Shown here: positions 18,354-26,579 of the stretch, one piece after another
Layout: the number at the start of each line of letters is the position of its first letter
Position numbering within the stretch: position 1 is the first letter of the stretch
Position numbers and translations under genes: made by a program
Notes under the pieces: model-generated
Told to the model about the DNA's origin: nothing
What the model saw: only the letters and a program-made list of their open reading frames with translations
Database searches by the model: none
NCBI GenBank assembly: GCA_963815115.1
Contig: CAWFFN010000005.1
Span: forward strand, 256,001-320,000
Direction of reading: 5' to 3'
From: an uncultured delta proteobacterium
GTDB lineage: Bacteria > Desulfobacterota > Binatia > DP-6
DNA length: 64,000 nt

Positions 18354-19664
18354 GGCCGTGCAGTCTGACGCAACGGATCGCCTCGCGCCAGCTCCTCGCG
18401 GAAGTCGGGATGGGCGAGGCCGATCAAGGCACGCGCGCGCTCGACGTCGCTCAGGACCGAGAGGTCGGCGGCGCCGTGCTCGGTCACCACCCACTGCACG
18501 TGATGGCGGGGCGTGGTGACGGTCGTGCGTTCCCCGAGGCGGGGCACGAGGGTCGAGACCCGCCGGCCGCCGACCGTGACCGTCGACTTGAGGCACAGCA
18601 TGCTCATCCCGCCCGGCGCCTCGGCCGCGCCCATGACGAAGGACTCGGCGCCCCCCACGCCGGAGTACTGCTTCCCGCCGAGGTAGTCGGCGGCCACCTG
18701 CCCCAGGAGGTCGATGGAGAGCGCGCCGTTGACGCTGACGAAGCGGCGCAGCCGTCGCAGCAGCGGCGGGTCGTTCACCGCCGACACCGGAAGCATGCGC
18801 ACGTCGGGGTTGCCGTCGAGCCAGGCGTAGAGCTCGGTACCTCCGAGCGCGAACGTGCCGACGCTGACGCCGTCGTAGAGGCCCTTGCGATTGGTCACCT
18901 TGCCGGCGCGGTGCAGCTCCATCACGCCGTCCGAGATCATCTCGGTGTGCACCCCGAAGCCGCCGCACGGGCCGCCGGCCAGCAGGCTCGCGATCTCGTC
19001 CGGCACGGTGCCGATACCGAACTGGAGCGTCGCGCCCTCCTGGATGAGGGAGGCGGCGTGCCCGGCGATCGTCCTTTCCTCGGGTGACGGCGCCTCGCCC
19101 GGCAGGACGACGAGGTCGTGGGGATGCTCGACCCAGGCGTCCACCTCGGAGACGTGGATGCGATTGCCGCCGTGCTCGGGGAGTCCGAGCAGCCGCGGCA
19201 TGCGCGCGTTCACCTCGGCGATGGCGAGCCGGTCCGGATCGCGGGCCGCCTCGCAGGAAGGGGAGGTAGGTCGCGCCGGCGTGCACGCCGAAGCTCAGCC
19301 AGCCGTCGGCGTCGGGAGGCGTCGTCACGGCGAGCATGACCCGCGGCTTCAGCCGGAGGCCGAGACGCTCGATGCCGTGGAAGTCGACGGCGAGGAACTC
19401 GACGCGGCCGCCCATGGCGCGCGCCATGCGCTCGATCGGCCCGAAGAAGAAGCTCACGACACGCACGCCGGGGTTGGTGAGGAAGGCGAACGGCTCGACG
19501 AGCAGCCCGGTATAGAGGATGACCTCCTCCAGGTCGTCGCGCGTCCCGATGGCGCCCAGCAGGCCGGTCGGCTGCGCGCTCACGAAGCCGAAGGCGACCG
19601 TGTCGCGCGGCCGCACGAGCGCCGCCGCGTCTCCGGGCTCGAGGCGCCGGCCCTTCGCTCCCAT
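18350..19664 (-). pseudogene. Acetyl-CoA hydrolase / 4-hydroxybutyrate CoA-transferase family, split by a +1 frameshift near 19254
   Basis: N-half (PPDADGWLSFG) and C-half (AEVNARMP, LQFGIG, HTEM, YSGVGG..F) lie in different frames; removing one base gives ...LPFLEAARDPD... Confidence 0.8.
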
Positions 19665-19721
19665 GCCACCGCCTGACATGGACGGAGCCCGACGCGCAAG
19701 CGGACGCGGTTTGCGTGGGCC

Positions 19722-20669
19722 GTGCCGCTCTCCGATGATGCCGGCGTGTCCGCTCCGGTGGTCGAGTGCCGTGCCCTCACCAAGCGCTACGGCGAGCGTC
19801 TGGCGGTCGAAGGCGTGAGCTTCCACGTCGACGCCGGGGAATGCCTCGGGCTGCTGGGTCCGAACGGCGCCGGGAAGACGACGACCATCCGCATGCTCAC
19901 GGGATTCGCGGTGCCGAGCGCGGGAGACGTCCGGGTGCTGGGCCTTCCCGTCTCGCCCACGACGCTCGGCACCATCAAGGCGCGCCTCGGCATCGTGTCG
20001 CAGGAGGACAGCCTCGACCCGGATCTGAGCGTCGAGAAGAACCTGCTGGTCTACGCCAGCTACTTCGGCATCCCGCGCCGGGAAGCCGCACGGCGGGCCG
20101 ACGAGCTGATCCGCTTTGCCGAGCTGGGCGACCACCGCCGGGACACCATCAAGGAGCTCTCCGGGGGCATGCGGCGCCGGCTGATGCTGGCGCGGGCGCT
20201 GCTGAACGAGCCGAGCCTGCTGATCCTCGACGAGCCGACGACGGGGCTCGATCCGCAAGCGCGGCGGCTGGTCTGGGAGCGCATCCGCACGCTCCAGCGG
20301 GGTGGCACCACCATCCTGCTGACGACCCACTACATGGAGGAGGCCGCGCAGCTCTGCGACCGCCTCATCATCATGGACGGCGGCCGGATCGTCGCCGAGG
20401 GCGATGCGGACGAGCTGATCGCGAGCCGGGTCGGCAGCGAGGTGGTCGAGATCCATCTTCCCGAGGGGGCCGACGCGGAGGACGTCGTGGCGCGGCTCGG
20501 GCGCGGTCCCTGGCGCAGCGAGCGCGCGGGACGCATGCTCTACCTCTACCTGCGCGACGGCCACGGCGACGAGCTGCTGCGCCAGCTCGACGGCCTCGAC
20601 GTCGGCCGTCGCCGGGCCACGCTCGAGGACGTCTTCCTGACGCTCACCGGGCACACGCTGCGGGAGTGA
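19722..20669 (+). CDS. ABC exporter ATP-binding subunit (NodI-like)
   Basis: GPNGAGKTT, LSGGMRRR, LDEPTTGLDP, TTHYMEEA. Confidence 0.92.
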   Translation: MPLSDDAGVSAPVVECRALTKRYGERLAVEGVSFHVDAGECLGLLGPNGAGKTTTIRMLTGFAVPSAGDVRVLGLPVSPTTLGTIKARLGIVSQEDSLDPDLSVEKNLLVYASYFGIPRREAARRADELIRFAELGDHRRDTIKELSGGMRRRLMLARALLNEPSLLILDEPTTGLDPQARRLVWERIRTLQRGGTTILLTTHYMEEAAQLCDRLIIMDGGRIVAEGDADELIASRVGSEVVEIHLPEGADAEDVVARLGRGPWRSERAGRMLYLYLRDGHGDELLRQLDGLDVGRRRATLEDVFLTLTGHTLRE

Positions 20670-20674
20670 CGCCC

Positions 20675-21436
20675 ATGTGGCCCGGCGTCGGCGCGCTGCG
20701 GGTGTGGCGGCGGAACATCGAGGTGTGGAAGCGCTTCTGGCGGCCGTTCCTGGTCGCGTCGCTCGGCAATCCCATCTTCTACCTGGTCTCGATCGGCTAC
20801 GGGCTCGGCCGCTTCGTCGCCGACATCGACGGGATGCCCTACGTCGTGTTCCTGACCCCGGGCATCCTCGCCTCGTCGGCGATGAACAGCGCGTCCTTCG
20901 AGATCACCTTCGGCTCCCTCACCCGGCTGCAGGAGCAGAACACGTACACGGCGATCCTGGCGACGCCGTGCTCGGTCGCGGACATCGTCGCCGGCGACAT
21001 CCTCTTCGCGGCGACGAAGAGCGTCGTCTCGGTCTTCTTCGTGCTGCTGGTGACGGCGCTCGCCGGGCTCCTCCCGAGCTCGCTCTCGATCGTCACGCTG
21101 CCCGTGGCGCTCCTCGCGGGGCTCGCCTTCGCCAGCCTCGGCATGGTCGCCACCGCCACCGCCCGGTCGTACAGCTTCTTCGACTACTACTTCACGCTCG
21201 GCATCTCGGTGATGCTCTTCTTCTGCGGCGTCTTCTTCCCGCTCACGAGCCTCCCCGGTTGGGCGCAGACGCTGGCGTGGTTCCTGCCGCTGACCCACGC
21301 CGTGCGCCTCAACCGGGCGCTGGTGGCGGGGGCGCCGACCGTCTCGCTGCTCGGCGACGCGTGCTGGCTGGCGGTCGCGGTCGTCGGGGGCTTCGTCGTC
21401 GCCGAGCGGCTGATCAGGCGCCGGCTGATCCTGTGA
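20675..21436 (+). CDS. ABC-2 type permease (NodJ-like)
   Basis: About 6 hydrophobic helices, FLTPGIL, GVFFP, PLTHAV. Confidence 0.9.
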   Translation: MWPGVGALRVWRRNIEVWKRFWRPFLVASLGNPIFYLVSIGYGLGRFVADIDGMPYVVFLTPGILASSAMNSASFEITFGSLTRLQEQNTYTAILATPCSVADIVAGDILFAATKSVVSVFFVLLVTALAGLLPSSLSIVTLPVALLAGLAFASLGMVATATARSYSFFDYYFTLGISVMLFFCGVFFPLTSLPGWAQTLAWFLPLTHAVRLNRALVAGAPTVSLLGDACWLAVAVVGGFVVAERLIRRRLIL

Positions 21437-21554
21437 GCGCCGTGCGCTCACCGGCATGTACGGCGGCGCCGGAATGAAGGTGCCCCATCCCGGGCCCCGG
21501 TTCCCTTCGGGGGCCGCCGTTCCGGGCCCTGCCACGGGCGGGTCCACCTTGTTC
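21433..21554. other. Structured intergenic element (three stem-loops, one with a C(UUCG)G tetraloop)
   Basis: GTGAGCGC/GCGCTCAC; AAGGTG/CACCTT enclosing GGGCCC/GGGCCC and CCC-TTCG-GGG. Confidence 0.5.
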
Positions 21555-21587
21555 AACTAAATGCCAGAAGGTATGACTCAGGTATGA
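21549..21587 (+). promoter_or_regulatory. Sigma70-like promoter of the TA operon with AGGTATGA direct repeats (putative operator)
   Basis: TTGTTC-N17-TATGAC, 6 nt before ATG; AGGTATGA occurs twice, 11 nt apart. Confidence 0.55.
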
Positions 21588-21832
21588 AGCAGAACGCGAA
21601 GTCGAGCATCACGCTCCCACCGAGCGAGCTCCGCCTGGTGACGACCCTGAAGGAGCGCCTGGGACTGAAGAGCAACGTCGACGTGGTACGCCGTGGGTTG
21701 CGCCTCCTGCGCGAGGACACCGATCGTCGCGCGTTGCGCGACGCGTACCGCAAGGCGTCACGCGCCACCCGGGCGGGGCTGATGGTCGAACTCGAGGCCC
21801 TCGACCACCTCGGCGACGAGGGGCTCGAGTGA
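21584..21832 (+). CDS. Putative ribbon-helix-helix antitoxin
   Basis: 82 aa, SSITLP...SNVDVVRRGL; overlaps the toxin start (GTGA). Confidence 0.75.
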   Translation: MKQNAKSSITLPPSELRLVTTLKERLGLKSNVDVVRRGLRLLREDTDRRALRDAYRKASRATRAGLMVELEALDHLGDEGLE

Positions 21833-22176
21833 CCCTCCCGGTCTCCACCGGCGTTCTGTACGCAGCAGATCTGAATCCGGCTCGCGGCACCGAGGCGGGA
21901 AAGGTACGGCCCGTCCTCGTCGTGCAGACGGATCTTCTCAACGTCGCAGCGCACCCCTCGACCGTCGTCCTGCCCTGCACGACCCGGCTCACTGGGGAAA
22001 GCCTACTTCGCGTGGTGCTCCCACGAGGTATTGCCGGCAACCGAGCGGAGTGCGAGGTGATGATCGACCAGGTGCGTGCAGTGGACAATCGCCGGCTCCG
22101 GAGGGCCCTCGGGAAAGTCCCCGCCCTCGTCCTGAGCGAGGTTCGGGAGAAGCTGCGCCGGCTGCTCGACCTGTAG
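21829..22176 (+). CDS. mazF: PemK/MazF family toxin
   Basis: ADLNPARGTEAGKVRPVLVVQTD...DQVRAVD..RL. Confidence 0.92.
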   Translation: MTLPVSTGVLYAADLNPARGTEAGKVRPVLVVQTDLLNVAAHPSTVVLPCTTRLTGESLLRVVLPRGIAGNRAECEVMIDQVRAVDNRRLRRALGKVPALVLSEVREKLRRLLDL

Positions 22177-22314
22177 ATTGAGCCGGTCCGCCCGTCCCGT
22201 CGCGCTCGAGGTACTGCCAACTTACCCCACCAGTGGCGGCCTCCACCGCCTCCCGGCCGCGGCGGAGATTCACTGCGGCCGCGCCCGAAAGACGAGGAGG
22301 GGGCGTTCACGCCC

Positions 22315-22836
22315 TCAGACCAGCAGATTCCGCTGCTCGCCGGTGCCGGCGCGCTCGTGCGCCAGGAGCCAGCGCTTGCGGTGCACGCCCCCGGCGTAGC
22401 CCGACAGCCGTCCGTCGGACGCGATGACGCGGTGGCAGGGGACCGCGATGGCGATGGGATTGGCGCCGTTCGCTGCGCCGACCGCGCGGGCGGCGGTGGG
22501 GTCGCCGATCCGGCGGGCGAGCGTCAGGTAGGAGATGGTCTCGCCGGCCGGGATCTCGCGCAGGGCATCCCACACCCGGCGCTGGAACGGTGTCCCGCCG
22601 GCATCGAGGGGGATGGCGTCGAGCGCGTGCAGGTCGCCCGCGAAGTATGCCGCGAGCCGCCCGCACACGCCGGCGGGGTCGCGGGGACGGAACTCGAGCG
22701 CGCCGAAGCGTTGCGCCAGCAGGGGATGGCGATGCGGCCAGCGCTCGCGGAACTCGAGCGCGCACACGGCTCCGGCGCGCATGGCGACCATGATCTTGCC
22801 GATGGGAGACGGAAACTCCGCCAAGTCGAGCGTCAT
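22315..22836 (-). CDS. ogt: Methylated-DNA--protein-cysteine methyltransferase
   Basis: SPIG, GTPFQRRVW, ARAVG.ANG.NP, active-site PCHRV. Confidence 0.93.
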   Translation of the reverse strand: MTLDLAEFPSPIGKIMVAMRAGAVCALEFRERWPHRHPLLAQRFGALEFRPRDPAGVCGRLAAYFAGDLHALDAIPLDAGGTPFQRRVWDALREIPAGETISYLTLARRIGDPTAARAVGAANGANPIAIAVPCHRVIASDGRLSGYAGGVHRKRWLLAHERAGTGEQRNLLV

Positions 22837-22871
22837 TCTTCCTCCGTTGCCGGTCGAGCCGGCCTGGTCCG

Positions 22872-23441
22872 TCAGTCGATCATCCCGGACCGGCTCGCGA
22901 TCGCATGCACGCGAAAGAGCCGCTCCGGGGTCCGCCCCGGCATCACGAGCGGCGCGGCGCGGCGAAACCGCACCGCGAGACCGCCCGCGCTGCCGCGCAC
23001 CGCGCCGCTCACGAGAATCTCTCCGGCGAGCGCCCGCCCGGCGATGCGCGCCGCGACGTTGACGTCGTGGCCGATGAGGTCGCCGTCGCGCGCGCGAGCC
23101 GAGCCGTCGTGGATCCCGATGCGCAGCGACACGCGGCGCGCCGCGCGTTGCATCTCGAGCGCGGCCCGCAGCGCGGGTGCCGGCGTGGAGAAGACGGCCA
23201 TGATGCCGTCGCCGAGGCGCTTCAGGATGCGACCCGAGTGGGTCCGGATGGCGGGCAGGACCGCGGCGTCGTGCTGCCGTACCAGGCGGAGCGCCGCCCG
23301 GTCGCCACGCTCGGCGACGCACGCCGTGAAGCCCGCGATGTCGGTGAAGAGCACCGTGAGGCGGCCGCGGCGGGGCAGGCGGACGGGGAAAAGCGTCGCC
23401 AGCCACTCGATGCCGGCGATGGGGTCGACCAGGGTATCCAT
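22872..23441 (-). CDS. Stand-alone class III adenylate cyclase domain protein
   Basis: LFTDIAGFT, KRLGDG, RIGIH, GDLIG.DVNVAAR; catalytic Asp/Asp/Asn/Arg and ATP-specifying Lys/Asp are present. Confidence 0.88.
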   Translation of the reverse strand: MDTLVDPIAGIEWLATLFPVRLPRRGRLTVLFTDIAGFTACVAERGDRAALRLVRQHDAAVLPAIRTHSGRILKRLGDGIMAVFSTPAPALRAALEMQRAARRVSLRIGIHDGSARARDGDLIGHDVNVAARIAGRALAGEILVSGAVRGSAGGLAVRFRRAAPLVMPGRTPERLFRVHAIASRSGMID

Positions 23442-23458
23442 CGGGCCTGTCCTCCGAC

Positions 23459-23535
23459 CCTACGACACCCGGGGATGGCAGAACGTGAAATGGCGCCGGT
23501 GAATTTCACGTTCGATTCGGGCGGGGTGTTAAAGG
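23459..23535. promoter_or_regulatory. Back-to-back pair of matching ECF-type promoters (ATTTCACGTTC-N11-GGTGTY-NN-AGG)
   Basis: Perfect 11-bp inverted repeat GAACGTGAAAT (23481-23491) / ATTTCACGTTC (23503-23513), each arm followed outward at the same distance by GGTGT(T/C). Confidence 0.75.
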
Positions 23536-23542
23536 AGCGGGG

Positions 23543-24034
23543 ATGAGTCCGCCTTCCGCCTCGCTGGCCGAGCTCACGACGCGCCATCGCAACGAGATCG
23601 TGGCGTATCTCGTCCGCATGCTGGGCGACCGCCAGGAGGCCGAGGACGCCTGTCAGGACGCGTTCCTGCGCGCGCACCGGGCCCTCGCCCGCCTCGGGCC
23701 GGGCGCCAACTCGCGTGCCTGGCTCTATCGAATCGCGACCCGGAGCGCCCTGAACGCCCTGCGCCGCCGCTCGCGACGAGCGGCCCGGGCGGCGGACGTC
23801 GATCCCGACGCGTTGCCGGCGAACCCCGGCCCGACACCCGAGCAGCGCGAGCAGCTGCTCGCGCTCCACCGGGCGGTCGATCGGCTGCCCCCGCGCCAGC
23901 GGGCGGCGCTGATGCTCCGGCAGTTCCAGGGGCTCGGGTACGCCGAGGTCGCCGCCACGCTCGGCGGTACCGAGCAGAGCGCGCGTGCCAACGTCTATCA
24001 GGCGCTGAAGAAGTATCCGGGCGTCCCTGGGTGA
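23543..24034 (+). CDS. ECF RNA polymerase sigma factor
   Basis: AEDACQDAFLRA, RAWLYRIA (region 2); LPPRQRAALML..GLGYAEVA (region 4). Confidence 0.93.
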   Translation: MSPPSASLAELTTRHRNEIVAYLVRMLGDRQEAEDACQDAFLRAHRALARLGPGANSRAWLYRIATRSALNALRRRSRRAARAADVDPDALPANPGPTPEQREQLLALHRAVDRLPPRQRAALMLRQFQGLGYAEVAATLGGTEQSARANVYQALKKYPGVPG

Positions 24035-24055
24035 CGCGCAGGAGGTATCACGACC

Positions 24056-24733
24056 ATGACCACGCACGACGACGAGCTGATCGGCATGCTGCTCGGCGAC
24101 CACCGGCGGTCGGCCGACCTGGCGAGCTGGCTCGCGACGCCGGAAGGGCGCCACGAGCTGGCGGCTTACCGCCGGACGCTCGGAGGACTCGAGCGGCTCT
24201 ACGGGGACGTCCTCGGCCGGCGCACCGTCTACTACACTGCCGTCCAGGCGCCGATCGGCCGGGTGTTCGTGGCAGTGAGCGACGGGGGGCTGGTGCGCGT
24301 CTCGTTCCGGAGCAACGAGGCCGCGTTCGTGCACGACCTCCGGCACCAGCTCGATGCGGACGTCGTGCGCTCGCCGGAGCGCACCGCGGACGTCGTGCAC
24401 CAGCTACGGGCCTACTTCACCGGCGAGCGGCGGCGCTTCGACATGCGTCTCGACCTGCGACACGTCACTCCCTTCCAGCGCCGCGTGCTCCTGGCGGCGG
24501 CGCGCGTGCCGGCCGGGAAGCTCGTCTCCTACGGCGAGATCGCACGGCGCATCGGGGAGCCCCGGGGCAGCCGGGCGGTCGGCCAGGCGCTCGGGCACAA
24601 CCCGATCCCCATCGTGATCCCGTGCCATCGGGTGGTGGCTGCAGGCGGACGCATCGGTGGATACACCGGCGGTCTCGCCATCAAGCGCAAGCTGCTGCGG
24701 CTCGAAGGGTCGCTCGCGGCGGTTGCGGGTTGA
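24056..24733 (+). CDS. ogt: Ogt-family alkyltransferase with N-terminal anti-sigma-like extension
   Basis: C-terminal TPFQRRV, SRAVG.ALG.NP, PCHRV; about 50 extra N-terminal residues; AGGAGG RBS. Confidence 0.9.
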   Translation: MTTHDDELIGMLLGDHRRSADLASWLATPEGRHELAAYRRTLGGLERLYGDVLGRRTVYYTAVQAPIGRVFVAVSDGGLVRVSFRSNEAAFVHDLRHQLDADVVRSPERTADVVHQLRAYFTGERRRFDMRLDLRHVTPFQRRVLLAAARVPAGKLVSYGEIARRIGEPRGSRAVGQALGHNPIPIVIPCHRVVAAGGRIGGYTGGLAIKRKLLRLEGSLAAVAG

Positions 24734-24797
24734 GCCGGCGACAGGAGCGGGCGACCCGGTTGACCACCGCGGGCGGCGAGGGCTAGGGAACTCGCCC

Positions 24798-25346
24798 ATG
24801 CCTCGCGCCCTCCTGGTCCCGCTTGCCGTCGCCCTGATGTCCGCGCCGGCCGGCGCCCAGATGGTGCGCTCCGAAGCCGCGGGCCTGCGCTTCAGCGTGC
24901 CCGGCGTGTGGACCCGCGTTCCCGCGCCCTCCGACATGAGGGCGGCGCAGTTCCGGGTGCCGCACAGCGGAAGCGACGGCGAGGACGCGGAGCTGGTCCT
25001 GTTCTACTTCGGGAAGGGCCAGGGCGGCAGCCCGGAGCAGAACGTCGACCGCTGGACCGGCCAGTTCACGCGGCCGGACGGCAAGCCGGCGAAGGACGAG
25101 GCGGTGGTCACGATCCGCACCGTCAACGGGCTCAAGCAGACCTCGGTCGACGTCTCGGGGACCTACAAGCCGATGCCGATGGGGGGCGGAAACGGAGCGG
25201 ACAAACCCGGCTGGCGGCTTCTGGCCGCGGTGATCGAGGGACCGGGCGGTCCCTGGTTCTGGCGCCTCACGGGACCGGAGACCACGGTGGGCGCGGCGAA
25301 GCCGCAGCTCGACGCGCTCCTCGCCTCTCTCGAGGCGCATCAGTAG
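24798..25346 (+). CDS. Hypothetical secreted protein
   Basis: Signal peptide; MRAAQF, GQGG...NVDRW..QF, GPWF.RLTGP pattern. Confidence 0.75.
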   Translation: MPRALLVPLAVALMSAPAGAQMVRSEAAGLRFSVPGVWTRVPAPSDMRAAQFRVPHSGSDGEDAELVLFYFGKGQGGSPEQNVDRWTGQFTRPDGKPAKDEAVVTIRTVNGLKQTSVDVSGTYKPMPMGGGNGADKPGWRLLAAVIEGPGGPWFWRLTGPETTVGAAKPQLDALLASLEAHQ

Positions 25347-25358
25347 GCGCGCGTTCCG

Positions 25359-26519
25359 TCAGACCGGCCGCGCCCGCAGGCGCGCCGCGATGGCGTCGTC
25401 CAAGGCGGCGTCGATCGCCGTCCAGGCGAGCGCCAGCGCGCCATCCAGGAGGGCACGATCGGCGGGCGGCGTGATGCAGTGAGCCGCGAACTCGGGCTGG
25501 TGGTTGACGGCCGGGAGCGATGCGACTCCGATCATCGGGTGGATCGCCGGCAGCGCATGCGAGACGTTGCCCATGTCGGTCGACGCCGCGAAGCGCGTGA
25601 ACTCGGGACGGGGCGTCACGAACCTGCGACCGAGCGCCTCGGCGTTCGCCTGGTAGAGGGCCGCCAGCGCGCCGTCGTGCCGCACCTCGGCGTACACCGG
25701 CGGCGAGTCGTCGATGCGGAGCGAGCACCCCGTCGCGAGGGCGCCCGCCTCGAAGCAGCGCAGCACCTTCGTCTTGATGTCGCCCAGCTCGGCGAGCGAG
25801 CGGGCGCGCACGTAGTACCGTGCCGTCGTGTGCGCGGGCACCACGTTCGGAGCCTCGCCGCCGCGTGTGACGATGCCGTGCACGCGATCGGTCGGACGGA
25901 TGTGCTGGCGCAGGAGCCCGATCGCCGACTGGGCGACCACCAGGGCGTCGGCGGCGTTCACGCCGAGCTCGGGAGCGGCGGAGGCGTGCGACGCCTTGCC
26001 GTGGAAGTGGGCCTCGAACTCGGCGAAGGCCAGGGTGGGCGGCTCGAGCATGTCGAGGGGCGCGGGGTGCGCCATCATCGCCGCGTGCACGCCGGCGAAT
26101 GCGCCGCGCTCGAGCAACAGGATCTTCCCGCCGCCGCTCTCCTCGGCCGGCGTGCCGACGACGCTCACGGTGAGGCCGACGTCGTCGGCCACCCGGGCCG
26201 CCGCCAGACCGGCTCCCACGGCGAGCGCCGCGATCAGATTGTGGCCGCAGGCATGGCCGATGTCGGGGAGGGCGTCGTACTCCGCGCAGATGGCGACGTG
26301 CAGCGGTCCCGAGCCGGCGCGGGCAACGAACGCGGTGGGGATGTCGCAGACGCCGCGCTCGACCCGGAAGCCGGCGGCGTCGAGCGCGTCGGCCAGCCAG
26401 CCCGCGGCGTGCTCCTCCTCGAAGGCGAGCTCGGGCCGAGCGTGGATGCGGCGGCTGAGTGCGAGCAGGTCGCCCTCGCTGGCGGCCAGGCTCTCGCGGG
26501 CGCCGTCCTTGACGTTCAT
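25359..26519 (-). CDS. M20 family metallopeptidase/amidohydrolase
   Basis: IHARPELAFEE, EYDALP..GHACGHN, GTPAEE, STDMGNVS. Confidence 0.92.
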   Translation of the reverse strand: MNVKDGARESLAASEGDLLALSRRIHARPELAFEEEHAAGWLADALDAAGFRVERGVCDIPTAFVARAGSGPLHVAICAEYDALPDIGHACGHNLIAALAVGAGLAAARVADDVGLTVSVVGTPAEESGGGKILLLERGAFAGVHAAMMAHPAPLDMLEPPTLAFAEFEAHFHGKASHASAAPELGVNAADALVVAQSAIGLLRQHIRPTDRVHGIVTRGGEAPNVVPAHTTARYYVRARSLAELGDIKTKVLRCFEAGALATGCSLRIDDSPPVYAEVRHDGALAALYQANAEALGRRFVTPRPEFTRFAASTDMGNVSHALPAIHPMIGVASLPAVNHQPEFAAHCITPPADRALLDGALALAWTAIDAALDDAIAARLRARPV

Positions 26520-26579
26520 GCTGCCTTCGCATCGCGCAGCCCGTCGCCGGCGTCAAGACCGGCTGCTACAGTCGCCGCC

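Noticed and set aside
17514-20654. 1046-aa ORF suggesting a CoA-transferase/hydrolase fusion
   Set aside because: Artefact of the frameshift near 19254, which places the CoA-transferase N-half in the hydrolase frame.
21451-21554. Resemblance to an HDV ribozyme 5' end, SRP RNA, cobalamin riboswitch or attC site
   Set aside because: Only short word matches (CCGGCATG, CAGG..GGAA, AAGGGAACCGG). The required pseudoknot, AGCAG loop, B12 box and RYYYAAC/GTTRRRY ends are missing, and there is no integrase.
22872-23441. Cyclase as a Pycsar or CBASS-like anti-phage enzyme
   Set aside because: It has adenine-specifying Lys/Asp residues and there is no adjacent cNMP-binding TIR or transmembrane effector.
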